The notes under the pieces were generated by a model. That model was not told the origin of the DNA and made no database searches. It saw nothing but the letters and a program-made list of their open reading frames with translations. From assembly GCA_030704615.1 (NCBI GenBank), contig CM060732.1, forward strand, positions 52,514,001 through 52,578,000: a stretch of DNA of 64,000 nt, in the 5' to 3' direction. The translations under genes were made by a program, and so were the position numbers. The first letter of the stretch is position 1. The number at the start of each line of letters is the position of its first letter. This document shows, one piece after another, positions 1 through 12,580 of this stretch. The stretch comes from Takakia lepidozioides. Lineage: Eukaryota; Plantae; Bryophyta.

Positions 1-18
1 GAGGATTTACCAAGCGGC

Positions 19-2795
19 TTGCCACCGCGAAGAGGAGTTGACCACAAGATTGAGGTGATACCGGGATCGGGACCGCCTGCCAAGGCGCCCCTACCGGTTG
101 AGCCACAGAGAGTTGGTCGAGCTGAAGACTCAGCTCAAGGATCTAATGTCAAGGGGTACATCCGGCCGAGTAAGTCACCTTACGGAGCCCCGGTGCTATT
201 TGCAGACAAGAAGGATGGGACGCTGCGGATGTGTGCGATTACAGGGCTCTGAATAAGGTGACTATCAAAAAACCGGTACCCTTTGCCAAGGATCGACGAC
301 CTCTTCGATCGGTTGGCAGGAGCGAAGTATTTCAGCCGGATCGACTGGCGCTCCGGCTATCACCAAATTCGGGGGCGGGGAAGGAGATGAGGAGAAGACC
401 GCGTGCAGGACAAGGTATGGTTCATATGAGTTCTTGGTGATGCCTTTTGGGCTCACCAATGCACCAGCGACATTTAGCACGCTGATGAACAGCCTTTTCC
501 AGGAGTGGTTGGATGACTTTTGATCGTGTACATCGACGACATCTTGGTGTACTCGAAAACAAAGGAGGAGCACCTGGAGCACCTCAAAAGGGTGTTCCAA
601 AATTGCGAGAAGGGAAGCTGTATGCCAAAGCTTCAAAGTGCGAATTCGGGGTCACAAAAGTGGAGTTCTTGGGGCACGTGTGATTACACAGGATGGGATC
701 AAAATGGATGACAGAAAGGTGAGGGCGATCTTGGACTGGGAGCCTCCGACTTCGGTCCGGGAGTGCGATCCTTCCTAGGACTCGCCTCCTATTACCGGAA
801 GTATGTGAGAAATTTCGCCAAGATCGCGGGGCCGCTGTCGGACCTTCTGTGTAAATCCAAAGTCTGGGTATGGAACACATTTTGTGGCCAAGCTTTTGCT
901 GAATTGAAGCAGCGGATGACGGAAGCTCCAGTCTTAAAAATCCCGGAGTTCGATCGTCCGTTTGAGATTCATACAGATGCATCAGACTTCGCAATTGGGG
1001 GTGTACTTATGCAAGATGGACGTCCAGTGGCTTACGAAAGTAAGAAACTGAATGAAGTGGAGCGACGGTGGCCGACGCACGAAAAAGAGATGAAGGCGGT
1101 GGTACATTGCCTTGAACTCTGGCGCCACTATGTTGGTTCCAACCCAGTGAAGGTGTTCACGGACAATGTCACGGTGAAGTATTTTGCCACGCAGCCCAAG
1201 TTGTCCCCAAAACAACTTAGGTGGCAAGATACTTTGGCAGTGTTCGACGTGGATATCCAGTACAAACCGGGACGGGACAATGTGGTGGCCGATGCTTTAA
1301 GTAGAAAGCAGAAGCTCTTGTTGGTGTACAAGGGCGAGACGGCGCTCCAAAGGAAGATCCGGAAGGCTTGCCGGAAGGATGAGCTGGCAAAGTGCGTGAT
1401 GCAGAACTTGAGAATGGGGGTTAAATCGCAGTTCCACTTGCAAAACGGACTGCTCCGGTATAAGCAAAAACGTCTCTATGTGCCAAAGGGAGGGATCAGG
1501 GATAGTCTCTTGAGAGAATGCCATGATAGCCCGCTTGCGGGCCACGGTGGAGCCAAGCGCACTGCGGCACTCTTGAAGAAAGAGTATTTCTGGCCCAAAC
1601 TGAGGGAGGAGGCAGAGGAGTATGTAAAGACATGCACCACATGCCAACAAAACCGGAGCGAGTATAAAAAGCAAGCGGGGCTGTTACAACCCTTGCCGAT
1701 TCCAGAGGGGACTTGGGAAAGCGTCTCGATGGATTTCATGACTGCTATGCCGCTGTCAAAAGGATTCGATGCAATCATGGTGGTGGTAGATAGGTTCAGT
1801 AAAATGGCCCATTTCATCCCCACCAAGGAGACGGCAACTGCGCAGGAGACAGGGCGACTTTACTTCGCCCACGTCTTAAAGCATCATGGAGTCCCGAAGG
1901 ATATTGTCTCGGACCGCGACCAAAGTTTACGAGTAAATTCTGGAGAGCACTTTGGAAGAAGATGGGGACGAGGCTGAAGATGAGCACCGCCTTCCGACCT
2001 ACGACGGACGGCCAAACGGAAAGAGTGAATTCCGTAGTGAAGCAATTCTTACGGAATTACGTGTCGGCAGACCAATCAGACTGGATGGAACACTTAGACG
2101 CGGCAGAGTTCTGTTATAATAACACAGAACACTCCGCGACGGGAGTTTCCCCTTTTGTGTTGGTCTATGGAAAAGCACCTCTGGTGCCGACAAGTTGGGC
2201 CGCCCAGGACGTTGAGGAACCGGCAGTAGCGGCGGTACTGGAAGAACGCGAGCGTTTGTTGAAGCTCGCAAAGTACAACATTGCCAAAGCTAGGAAACGG
2301 TATGAAAGGCAGGCGAATCGGAAGCGGAGGGAAGTGAAGTTTGAGGCAGGCACAGAGGTCTGGTTGAACATCAAGAATTTTCGACTACCTCCGGAAATGA
2401 GTCCGAAGTTCGTACCTCCGTATGCGGGTCCCTTTCGCATTCGGAGGGTTATGAATGAGGATGTGTATGAATTGGAGCTGCCAGCAAACAGCAAGGTGCA
2501 CCCAGTATTCCATGTCTCCCTTTTGAAGCCTTCCTTCAAAGATGAAGCACGTCCGAATCGGCAGCAAGTGTTGCGTCCGCCACCTATGCTGTTGGATCAT
2601 GAAAATGAACCCGAGTACGAGGTGGAGGCAATACTTAAGTCGAGGAGGTTCAAGAACCGAGAAACGGAGTATCTCGTCAAATGGAAGGGCTATCATCTTG
2701 TGGAGGCATCTTGGGTGCGTGCCTCAGAAATGGGAAACGCATCCGAGGCAGTTGCAGCGTTCGAAGGGCGACCTCAAAAGCGGAAGAAGCGTTGA
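19..2795 (+). pseudogene. Ty3/Gypsy pol (RT, RNase H, integrase, chromodomain), frameshifted
   Basis: SPYGAPVLF..KKDGTLRMC, YIDDILVYS (RT); TDASDFAIGGVL, DALSR (RNase H); H-H-CxxC zinc finger, SMDF, SDRD (integrase); YEVEAILK..YLVKWKGY (chromodomain). Split across ORFs 19-252, 231-440, 520-711, 763-1977 and 1962-2795. Confidence 0.95.
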
Positions 2796-2829
2796 TGGGG
2801 ACATCAACCTTGGAGCGTGGGGGAGGAAA

Positions 2830-4452
2830 TGCATGCTTAGCCCGGTTTAGCTAGCTCAGGAATCCGATTGCAAAAACTTGTATTGTACAAAAATTTGTGA
2901 TAAAGGAAATGGGTTCCAAATATTGTGCGTCCTATTGTGTTTGGAATGGTGATGCATGGTGTGGTTGGCTGGTGTGTAGAATGCATGCTAGCTTACAAAA
3001 GTGGGAGAGGTAAATTGGGTTAATCGTGTGTTTGCGCAGTGCCGAAATCGGGTGACTCCCATCCAAGGGGCAAGGAAACTTGCGCCTTATTTGGGAGTTC
3101 AAGTGCTAGTGCGCACCTGGCGCGTGCGCGTACTATAACTGCGCTACCGAGGGGGTTGCCTTGTAGTGCGGGCTAACGCGGAAGCTACGTGCTTCTGTTC
3201 ACGTACTATAATCGTGTAGCCTCGGGACGAAGTCGTAGTGCGGCTTCGGCGTGTTCCCGTACCTCAGGCCAGCATTCCAAGGCGGACCCAATTGTAGTGA
3301 TTGGGGCGCACGGTTGGTTCAAGGTTATCTTCCTAGTCAAAGAGGGTTCCAGGTGAACCCTTGCTCAAGGTGATGCCAAAAGCGGCATCATGAGCGATCG
3401 CAAGCAATGTTGTTGCAGTAAGGCGATTCGATCCTCGGGAAGGATCGTTCCTTGGCCTTGAAGTAGGCCAAGAAGAGTGCACTGGGAGGAGCTGGAGAGG
3501 CTCCACCCTTGGCCGGGACTTGGAGGAAGTCGGCCGAACTAGCTAGTGGAGAGTGGAGTCAAGTGTGGGGTTTGGTTCTTTGCCATGGGACGCCATGGTA
3601 CGGAAACAAACTCCTTGATGTGGGACGCCACAACTTGGATGTTCGTTTCTACAAAATGGACAAGTCGATGAGGACATCGACTCCCTGTTGGTAGGGGTGT
3701 GTGTCGCGGCCCTTTGCCTTGAGGGCAGGGGGTCGGGACACATCAGGGGCTGCCCCTGTGGTGGGGGCAGCGGCAGCGATAGGTATGGGGGGGGGCTGAG
3801 GCACCCTTGAGTGCCCAAGGCACTCAGGGAAGCGGAGGCGCTCACTAGGTGGAGCCCCGCACACCGGGTTGCGGTGGGGGTGGCTCCACAAGCGGTGGGG
3901 TTGGCTCCACAAGGGGTGGTGGTAGCTTAGTGGGACTTAGTGGGGGTGGCATAGGACTCACCGTGGGGGCGGAGACCTCGTGGTGGGAGTCGTGGGGAGT
4001 CTTGGGACTCATCACGGTCCATTGGGGCCGCGGTGAGTGGGCCAAGACTCACCGCGACTCACCACCGGGAGTCGAGGGTTTTCGTGGTGGTTCGCCATAA
4101 AATGGCATGGCTGGTTATGAAACCCCCGCGGACAGCTACAGAAGTATATATAGGGAGTAGTAACCCCGAGAACGGTGCAAGCCCGTTGGTGACCAAAAAC
4201 TAGTGAGTAAGCGAGCGAGCCGGAAAGCGACCAAAGAGTGGGGAGCTGTTCCGGACTGCCATCTACCAAAGGGAATTCTCCTAGTCCCAAAGAGGTGGAG
4301 GGTTTAGAGGGAAGCGAAGGGGGGACCGTTATGTCCCGGTGAGCAGCCGAAGCTCCAAGTTGGCCCGGGCGGCCAGGTTGGGAGTCAGGCGCGCGCATCA
4401 AAGCGAGTAACTATGACTTGAAGGGGAGCTTACCGGAGTGAGGTGCGCGACA
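2830..4452 (+). repeat. 3' LTR (~1.6 kb) of the chromovirus
   Basis: Begins with TG after the purine tract GTGGGGGAGGAAA and ends in CA. 3921-4452 is closely similar to 61399-61939. TATATATA at ~4145. Confidence 0.85.
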
Positions 4453-7370
4453 CAGATAACGCCGAACTCGTACACCTGCCTGTAACACAGCAGCCAATCC
4501 GGTGCTGATCCCGCCAAACAAGTCCAGAAGACAAATGCCTTCATCCGGATACTGCCACACAATAGGTGTGGTGTCCAATGGAGACAACTGAGGTGGTCCT
4601 GGTGCAATCCCCGCACTCTCCTCTTCTCCTGACGGTACAAAAGCCTCCACCCAGGCTTGTTGCACCCGTTGATCAACATCCCGCTGCAAATCCTTGCTCG
4701 TGCCCCACAATGGAGTTTGAGCAACCATGGTAGGCAACTCCGCCATACCATACATGTCATCCTGCTCTCCCGGAGGTGGCACATCCTGTGAATGAGCGTT
4801 GCCCTCAAGCAATTCTCTAGGCCAACTCATTGTCGCTGTGAATGCTGCTAGTATTGGCATCTTGCCCCGCTGAGCAACCGCAACTCCTCCTATGAACGTC
4901 ACAGGGAGCTGCACACGCCGGCCCTCCCCTGACTGCCATGCAGGCCTATAGGAAGCTGACTCCTCCCAAAAATCCAGGGTGAAGCCCATGGGGTACAACA
5001 CTGCCCCACCAACCAAGACATCGTATGAGACCGCGTCTGTCACAATGGCCTTGGCTCGCATCACTAAGCCATCTGTAGGGTGATCCGGCCGTAGTCTGAT
5101 AGCCAACTCACGCCGTGTCATGCCCCGAGCCTGCTCCAATCCTCCCAGAGACGTCTGTATCTGGAAAAGACAAGGCTCCATATCCGCCTCTGTGAGGCCC
5201 AAGCCTGCAATAGCAGCTCTGCCCAACATCAATGGCTGAGCTCCCGAGTCCAACAAGACCCGCAGTGGCCGGTACCTCTTGCCTGCCGGTCCACTCAAAC
5301 AGAAAATGCCATCCTGGTTATCTAACATGACAACTCCAAGTGTCACCCTGGCGCGCTCAATGGCTGGCCTAGCTGGCAGCTCCATCAACCTGGCAGCTGC
5401 AGCTTGCCATGGCGCCGCCGTGGCAGTCTTGACCCTCAAATCCGAGGATCCCTCCGGCACTACACCTCCCACTATCTCCGCAGAAGATGAAGTAACCTCC
5501 TCACTTTCACAGAGTGTAGCTGCCAGCCTGAACACCTCAGCTGGTCTTACCCCCGGCGTCGCAATCATGGTAGCCGAGAACAATGGAGCCTGGCACACAG
5601 ATGTGGCCGCTCCTAGCAGCACACTAGCTGCCGTAGCCTTGGCAACACTAGGTAGTGGTGTTACCCGTGTAGCTCTCCCCAATGGCATAGTAACCTCCGC
5701 CTCGGTAACAGTCGGGCGAGAACTAGGTGCCATGGATGGCGTCGACATTGTCTCCGCCAATGTGAATGACTGAGGAAGCCTAGCCTGACGGCTTGCCTCC
5801 CCACGCTGTGGATCCAACTCCACCTCTGCACCTCGTGGCTCAGGAACTCGTGCTGCTCCTCGAGTCACGGCTGCAGCAGACTCCACCTACACTAGTGGTA
5901 GTGCTGCTCCACACATGAATCCCATGCCTCCCATATCTCCTCCCTCAGGACCAGGAGGTGGACCATCCGGCCTTAGAGCCGGTACCACCTGAGCTGTAGC
6001 CATGGCAGCGAGCCTTTGCTCTAGCTACTGAAGCCGGTTGGCCATGCCTTGGTCAACACCCTGACCTCCGCATCCTTGGCCATGTTGAGCTTGCCTTTGG
6101 CCTGCACCTCGTGGCTGGCCACCTCGTCCTCTCTGGGCTGCTCCACCTTGCCCCCGGCCACCATTGTTCCCTTGGAACTGGCCTGGGCGCAACTCAGGAT
6201 GCAAACCATAACACTGGGCCTCTCCATGCCCGTGCTTGCCACAATGCCCACACTGTAACTGTGCAGATTGTGCATGTGCCGGCCTTTTGCCTCCCTCTGG
6301 GCAATCCTTCTTGACATGGGGCCCTCCACATGTCCAACACACCACATCCGCCCGTTGTTGGCCTGCAAATGAAGGGAGAGACCCCTGCATCTGAGGTCCT
6401 CTCTGTCCTTCCCTGAGCTTCACTTGAGCCCCATTGTTGCCTTGAGCACGTTGAGGTAGTGGTTGGCTAGGAGCACCACTACCCCGTGGTGTCTCCTTAG
6501 CAAATCCCACCATGACCACTCGTTCCTCCACCATGTTGAGCTCTATCCGCTCTACCAGCAAAAACACATTTGCTAAAGTAGGTTGGGCCGCTTACAGGAG
6601 AGTTGCATCCCGCACCCTTCTTCTCAGCTCCTTGTCCAATATCCCATACCAGAATTGGACTGCCTGAGCTTCCGTAACCCCTTGGGTTACATTTATCAAG
6701 CGCCTCATGCGAGTGAAAGCCTCCCTCAAGCTTTCAGTCGGCTTTCGTTGGAACTCTTGCAAGCTCCGCAACTTCTCTGTCCTCACCCCTTGGTAGTTCC
6801 CTCTTAACTCTTCGAAGAACTCCACAACAGGGTTGAAGGCAGGCACCGCCACTAGTGCTGGTGCAGCAGTAGCTTGGGTGGACGTCGTAGCTATGGTATC
6901 ACCAGTCCCACTAGTCCCACTGCTGCTTGCTGAAGCTGCCGGTGCAGCGACAGGTGTAGCCACTGCCCTCGTGGCTCTAGTGCCCCTAGTGATGGAGATA
7001 TAGTCGGGGGACCAATACATCCTCCACTCCTCGATCTCAACCTCATGCCCCCGTTTGAACTCATGGTAATCATCCATAGGCGGCCCCTCAAGGTGCTGAA
7101 ACAGCCCCTTCTATGCCATGAAAGGCGTAAATAGTTGTGGATTGCGCATTTGCTGCAAATCACACCAACTATCAAACTCTTGGATAAAATCATCCAACTC
7201 GATGGTGTCCACTGCCCCAGAGTACCTTCATGGCCCCTTGGTAGCTCCATACATCTCCTCCATTGTGTCCCACAACAATGGCAAGGAAACAACTTGCACT
7301 GCCGGTATGAGTCTTCCTGATTCACAATCCGAATCAGAACCTTCCGTAAAGACACAGGAGGTGAAGGTGG
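4453..7370 (-). pseudogene. Gag - aspartic protease - C5-methyltransferase motif I polyprotein with five in-frame stops
   Basis: ORFs 6592-7077, 6025-6567 and 4411-5886 share a frame. Gag-like RYSGAVDTIELDDFIQEFDSWC and FQRKPTESLREAFTRMRRL; knuckles CWTCGGPHVKKDC and CGHCGKHGHGEAQC; LLDSGA (D at 5248-5250); ICLLDLFGGISTGLAAVLQAGVRVRRYL at 4453-4536. Confidence 0.8.
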
Positions 7371-8216
7371 CCTAAACCGCACACCTCGTCTCGTGTACCC
7401 ACTAGTATCGCTAGTGCTCGAACCAGCACTCTCCCCAGCAACTAGTGACACCTCCGTGTTGACAAACTGTCACTCAACCGGTCATGAACATGTCTCTAAC
7501 CCCCTCTCCACAAGGTAACAGGGTGGAGAATCTGTTGCGGCTTATGGTTTGGAATACTAGGTTCCTAACATAGCCCACACCTGCACCTGCATCCACTGCA
7601 AGCACTCCTATGGTTGGCTGGTCATCAACTCCAACCTCACCATAGGAGAAACAATGATGGTCTGACTGGTCATCACTCCAGCCTCACCACCGACAGCATA
7701 TTCTAGGATTGGCCGGTGATCAAATCCGGCCTAATCCCTATGAAAGCAAGCGCCCACACAAAACTAACATGGCGCACAATCAAGCATGCAGGTATGGAGG
7801 GGATCCAAACACAAGAAATCAGAACAACAACTCCCCCACACCAAAAACAACTCCACGGTGTTGCTCCTGCAAGGACACCCCAGCCCAAACCCGGACTGAC
7901 TCTTGCCTCCACCTACGGAAATGTCTTGGCCTAATGAGAGGGTGGAAAACTACGAGGAAGAGAAGCTAAAGCAATGCCTAACCCTAGCATGCTCTCATCC
8001 CAACACTCTTCCTCTCCTCTCTTCCCTCACTTGCATAACCATGGGAATATCATGAAGATATTCCTCAAACCGCACTCCACGAGCGTCAGAAATTTGGCCT
8101 TCAAGACCACATGTCAGTCCTTAGGCAGTCCACCAGTGCCTCCACGAGTCAGCACTGGCCCTCCACAGGTAAACACGGGCCACCACAAACCAGCCCAGGC
8201 CTACACAAATCACTGG

Positions 8217-8835
8217 TCACAGCCGTCACAGCCCCACATAGGCCCCAGCCCCAAAGGCCACAGGCGCAGCCCGTCACAGCCCGTCACGGCCTTTCACAGC
8301 CCCAAAGGCCACGGGCGCAACCCCTCACAGCCCGGCACAGCCCCGAAGGCCACCGGCACAGCCCCAAAGGCCACGGGCACAGCCTGTCAAAGCCCGTCAC
8401 AGCCCATCACAGCCCCAAAGGCCACGGGCCCAGCCTGTCACAGCCCCTCACAGCCCGTCACAGCCCCCAAGGCCACCGGCATAGGCCCTCACAGTCCCTC
8501 ACAGCCCGTCACAGCCCCGAAGGCCACCGGCGCAGCTCGTCACAGCCCGTCACAGCCTCGGAGGCCACCGGCGCAGCCCGGCACAACCCCTCACAGCCCG
8601 TCATAGGCCCGAAGGCCACCGGCGCAGCCCCTCACAACCCCTCACAGCCCGTCACAGCCTCGGAGGCCACTGGCGCAGCCCGGCACAGCCCGACACAGCC
8701 CCTCACAGCCCCGAAGGCCACTGGCGCAACCCGGCACAGCCCCTCACGGCCCGTCACAGCCCCGAAGGCCACGAGCGCAGCCCGTCACAGCCCCAAAGGC
8801 CACGGGCACAGCCTGTCACAGCCCGTCACAGCCCC
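8217..8835. repeat. GC-rich minisatellite, ~51 bp higher-order unit built from CACAGCCC modules
   Basis: Repeated GTCACAGCCCCGAAGGCCACCGGCGCAGCCC...; translates as a 17-aa repeat PSQPVTAPKATGAARHS. Confidence 0.9.
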
Positions 8836-9199
8836 ATCCATGGCCGCTCTGGCAGTTTAGCCATTTCTCCAAGGGGTTTAGCCACGCCAAGCTAGGGTTT
8901 ATGTCTCTTGGACTCTAGGCTTCTTTGCACCGAGCTATGGCGGCTGTGAGGAAATTAGCAAGGTATTCTTGCTCTTTCGGCTCCCACACACCACCAATAG
9001 TAGCCCTAAGCCATGAGGTGGTTGCCACAAACCAAGCCTTCTTTTTCACTTAGCCTCCCCAACCATGCCACTAAACTCAATGGCAAACAAACAAGCCTTG
9101 CTGATTTCCAGCCCTTGTGAGCACTCATTCAAGCACTCTCCTTGGCCATAGCATCTGTCTTAGAGCCTATTCCAGCCCCCTACACCTGCCACTTCAAGA

Positions 9200-9700
9200 G
9201 CCATGCTCTATCTAGGCTCGGGGTTGAAACCCCAACTCACATATGCCCTACAAGTGTTTTTTTTCACCCAAGTGGGAACCAGCCCTATCCCTTCCATTCT
9301 AGCTCTCTTAAGCTTGAAAACAAAAGCCCAATGGACTGAAGGCATGCTCCACACATGCCCCACTCTCACCACAAGAGAATCAGCCCTTTTGCTTCCTTTC
9401 TTGCACCTACCATCTTGAAAATACAAGCTTCAGCGGGCTGAAAGCATGCTCCACACATGCCCTACGGGGAAACCAGCCCCTTCCTTCCTTTCTTGCACTC
9501 CCACACCTGAAAGTACAAGCCTTCACCAGGCTGATAGCATGCTCTACACATGCATTGCCCTCACATAAGGGAAGTCAGCCCTTCCCTCTTCCTTGCTTGC
9601 CCTCCAAGCTTGAAGATGGAAGCTTCAATGAGCTGAATACATGCTCCACACATGCAACCTCTTCACACAAGAGGAATCAGCCCCCTATCTTGGCTCCTTG
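9200..9700. repeat. Degenerate ~100 bp tandem repeat (about 5 copies)
   Basis: CATGCTC(C/T)ACACATGC recurs at ~9344, 9445, 9538 and 9640, each followed by CAGCCC..CTTGA..AAGCTT. Confidence 0.75.
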
Positions 9701-10499
9701 GCTCCTTGATGCTCTCTAAGACAAGACTAAGCACTCCACAGCCTTTGCCAAGCTGCTAGGTCTACCGGGCAAGTAGGTCTGTTGCAGCCCATAAACCATG
9801 TACTGGTAATGCACATAAAACATTAGTGATTTCCAAGATTCGTAGAATGCAGTAGGTAGTGTGGTGGTTGAGAGTAGTTTTATTTTTTAAGGATTTTGAA
9901 AAGGGATACGAGTGGCTATATTATTGGGTGTAGAGTAGTGCAAGTGGCCCACTCTAGATAAATTTCCTCGAATTGGTAGGCTATATGTATTTCCACTCTT
10001 GTCATATTCTGCAAATCAAATGGATGTTGATGAGCAATAAAAGGCGAAGTCCAGAAATAGTTGAAAGCCATAATAGGTGAATGGAACTCTTTGTATGTGA
10101 AAACCACAGGCTAATTGGTATAATTGAGGTGTATAGTTATGGCTAATGACACATAACAAATAGTGTTAATAATATTTATTTATTTAAAAGTTGGATGCCG
10201 CGGAATGCCTGGACTTCAGCCGCTGAAGTCCAGGATCACGTCGTTTACCCTGCAGAGGAGTTGAACCTCAACCCCAAAGGACCCTGCCCAATGCAGCATA
10301 GGTTTCCTGCAGCCCACAATTAAACTTGCCCCATACTTACTAAGATCAAGGAATAGTGACCTGCCATACATTGCAAAGAAGTGGAGATGCAATTACAATT
10401 ATATATAGTCAGATATAATTGTTAGAACCTCGAGGCAAATGCAATAGTTCATGGCCAATGTTCAAGGTTGTCTCATGTCAAGGCAACATTTGCACCCTT

Positions 10500-12580
10500 C
10501 AAATCTATGCAAAGGTGCGCGTCGAACTTTGTCCCCATGCCAAGAAGTGAGCGCATCCTGAAAAGGAAATGTGTGCACATTGTAGAAATCCTGGGAGAAC
10601 ATGTGAACTGTAGTGCTCAAATGACCTGCAAGCCTGTTCTGAGTTTGTCCTTCATGAATGTCATGTTACTAAATGTCCTCTCACCCTCTGTGTTCCCCAA
10701 CACCATAACGCAAGCTATTTCAGCTAGTTTGAAAATATCCAAATATGCATAACTGAAGCAATGCATTGGTAGAAAGCCGCTGCCAAAGAGTTGTGAGTGG
10801 GTTAGCCTCACATGGCTGCCCCATCACCTTGGAAGCCTGGTTTCTCATAGTCAATTTGAAAAGGCTGCTCTTCAATTCCAAGAGAGTCCCAAGAAGGGGC
10901 TGAGTTCTCCATCCATCATTCTTGGCACACTTAGGCACACAAAGAGCTTGTTTCAAAATTGTCAAATGAAGTGGAAAGCTCTGTTCACAATCCAATACTC
11001 TGGAAATACCACTCCAAGAGCATTCATCACCTCATGATCGGGAAACCGATACTCCAACTCTGCAATAAGAGTGTGAGCTGTGGCCCTGCACTGAATCTTG
11101 ACACATCCAAGCACTCGGTTAAAGTCACATCTTCCCACAGTTTGGGTCAAGCCAGAACCTGCACTATTCATGTGGGCCATGTAGGAGTGACCATCGTTTA
11201 TAAAAGAGAGCGTCTCCAAACCCTATTCAGGTCACACTCGTGCATGCAGTGTGAACCCGACTACTGCTGAAACGACATGTCTGTACATGACAGAAGTGAA
11301 GAGTTTATCCCCCAAGCTGTCCCCCATCTTGTTTCGAATCTGCGAAATCAAGTGCAATCTCCGAACGCATGTGCTTTCAATCACAATGTCAGTGGTACGA
11401 CAACTAGTGTTGTGCACCACATCTGTAAAATTTGGAAACGCCTCTGGACTGAATGCAGTAACTAGATCTGAGTACAAGTTGTACAAATCAGATTGGCAAA
11501 TCTTCACCGTAGCCACAATATAGTCACGTACAAACACATCCCTCGCATGTGCAAACTTCATGAGTGATTGTACTGACTGCAACAGAGGCAATATGCAAGG
11601 CAGCCCCAATAAAGTCTCAACATCACACAACAAGGCCAAATTGGCCACAGCCTTCACTTTCTTCTCAGCATCAATGGCCATTTTCACGTACGTATCCACC
11701 TGGTCTTAACATTTTTCAAGATTTTGAGACCCTCTGTTTCCACGATCTCAGCAAGTTTGGAGAATTCCAAAGCACACTTACCAAAGTAAGCATACAAAGC
11801 CTGCAACAATGCTTCCAACAGGGAGACCAACGGCAAAGAAGAGCATGCTTGCGAGATGCTTGCACTACCAAATTTGTCCTATGCGCCATGCAGTGAATGC
11901 CCAACATGTATGAGGCATGGTCCCTCATAATCTGAGCTGCCACCCCAGTTCTGATACCCTGGAAAACAGAGGTATCATCTGCTCCTACAAAGAGGAGACG
12001 CTCCCCCACTTGCTCCTCATTAAGGCCACCATAATTCTTCAAAGCTCCCCATATCATCTGAGTTAGTGTATCTGCACATCCACCTTCCAGTACTACACGT
12101 TCAAGTGTGAGCACGATAAAGACCCTCTTCCAATCCTTCACAACATAACCATGAACACTCAACCATGACCGATTGTCTATGGTTGTCACCTCATCAGCAG
12201 ACAATGACACAAATTTGGAAGCCAACATTGTTTTCTTGGTAGCAGTGAGCACCATTTTGTCCATGTGGTCTGCCATCTCCCATCCACTGTTGTCAGACCA
12301 ATGCTTGACTGGGTTAATACTGACCTTCAAAAACCTGAACATGCTCATACTCACACATAGGTCTGCCATGTTGTAATAAAGTAAAGATAGCAGCAAATTG
12401 ATCGAGGTTCGAAAAACATGAACTCAGTTTCCTCGTGCACTTCAGAACTGGAAGCAACACAATTGGAGGTTTGGGATCCAACAATTTCCTCCACCACATC
12501 TCTTGGAACACAATCACAAAAGAAGTATTTGTACTTGCAACCCTCAGGCATCTTCAATGGAGCCATTCTGGTTGCCAAAC
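10500..12580 (-). pseudogene. hAT-superfamily transposase (ZNF862-like), fragmented
   Basis: SLSADEVTTIDN (first D), GADDTSVFQG, IHCMAHRTNL (CxxH) and the C-terminal dimerisation motif GERTFSNMTFMKDKLR. Many frameshifts; TIRs not identified. Confidence 0.85.

Larger units (their letters stand above)
1..4452 (+). mobile_element. Ty3/Gypsy chromovirus LTR retrotransposon, 3' part (pol + 3' LTR); 5' end lies outside the window
   Basis: RT-RNase H-integrase-chromodomain order, polypurine tract at ~2816-2829, then an LTR ending ...GTGCGCGACA at 4452. The same LTR end precedes a PBS-Met at 61939. Confidence 0.95.
4453..9786 (-). mobile_element. Ty3-like LTR retrotransposon (5' half) encoding Gag-protease-putative cytosine methyltransferase, interrupted at 4453 by the chromovirus; 5' boundary uncertain
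   Basis: Gag, two zinc knuckles, LLDSGA protease and an MTase motif I in one frame. Repeat-rich leader at 7.5-9.8 kb; possible TGCAAC start at 9786. Confidence 0.7.

Noticed and set aside
1-770. Programmed ribosomal frameshifting in pol
   Set aside because: Multiple shifts fall inside conserved RT motifs, which fits decay or sequencing error.
4453-4540. DIRS-type adenine methyltransferase as the source of the MTase motif
   Set aside because: The element has an aspartic protease, which DIRS elements lack, and the motif context fits C5-MTase motif I better. Not fully excluded with only ~30 aa visible.
5279-5773. Antisense ORFs over TE and host genes (also 1297-1826, 29667-29990, 47434-48198)
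   Set aside because: Shadow frames of recognisable coding sequence on the opposite strand.
6891-7451. 186-aa ORF as a separate gene
   Set aside because: It overlaps the gag frame out of phase; at most its N-terminus is the frameshifted gag start.
7974-8860. 210-aa and 249-aa Pro/Ser/Thr/His-rich ORFs
   Set aside because: They are translations of a stop-poor minisatellite, antisense to the element and open in several frames.
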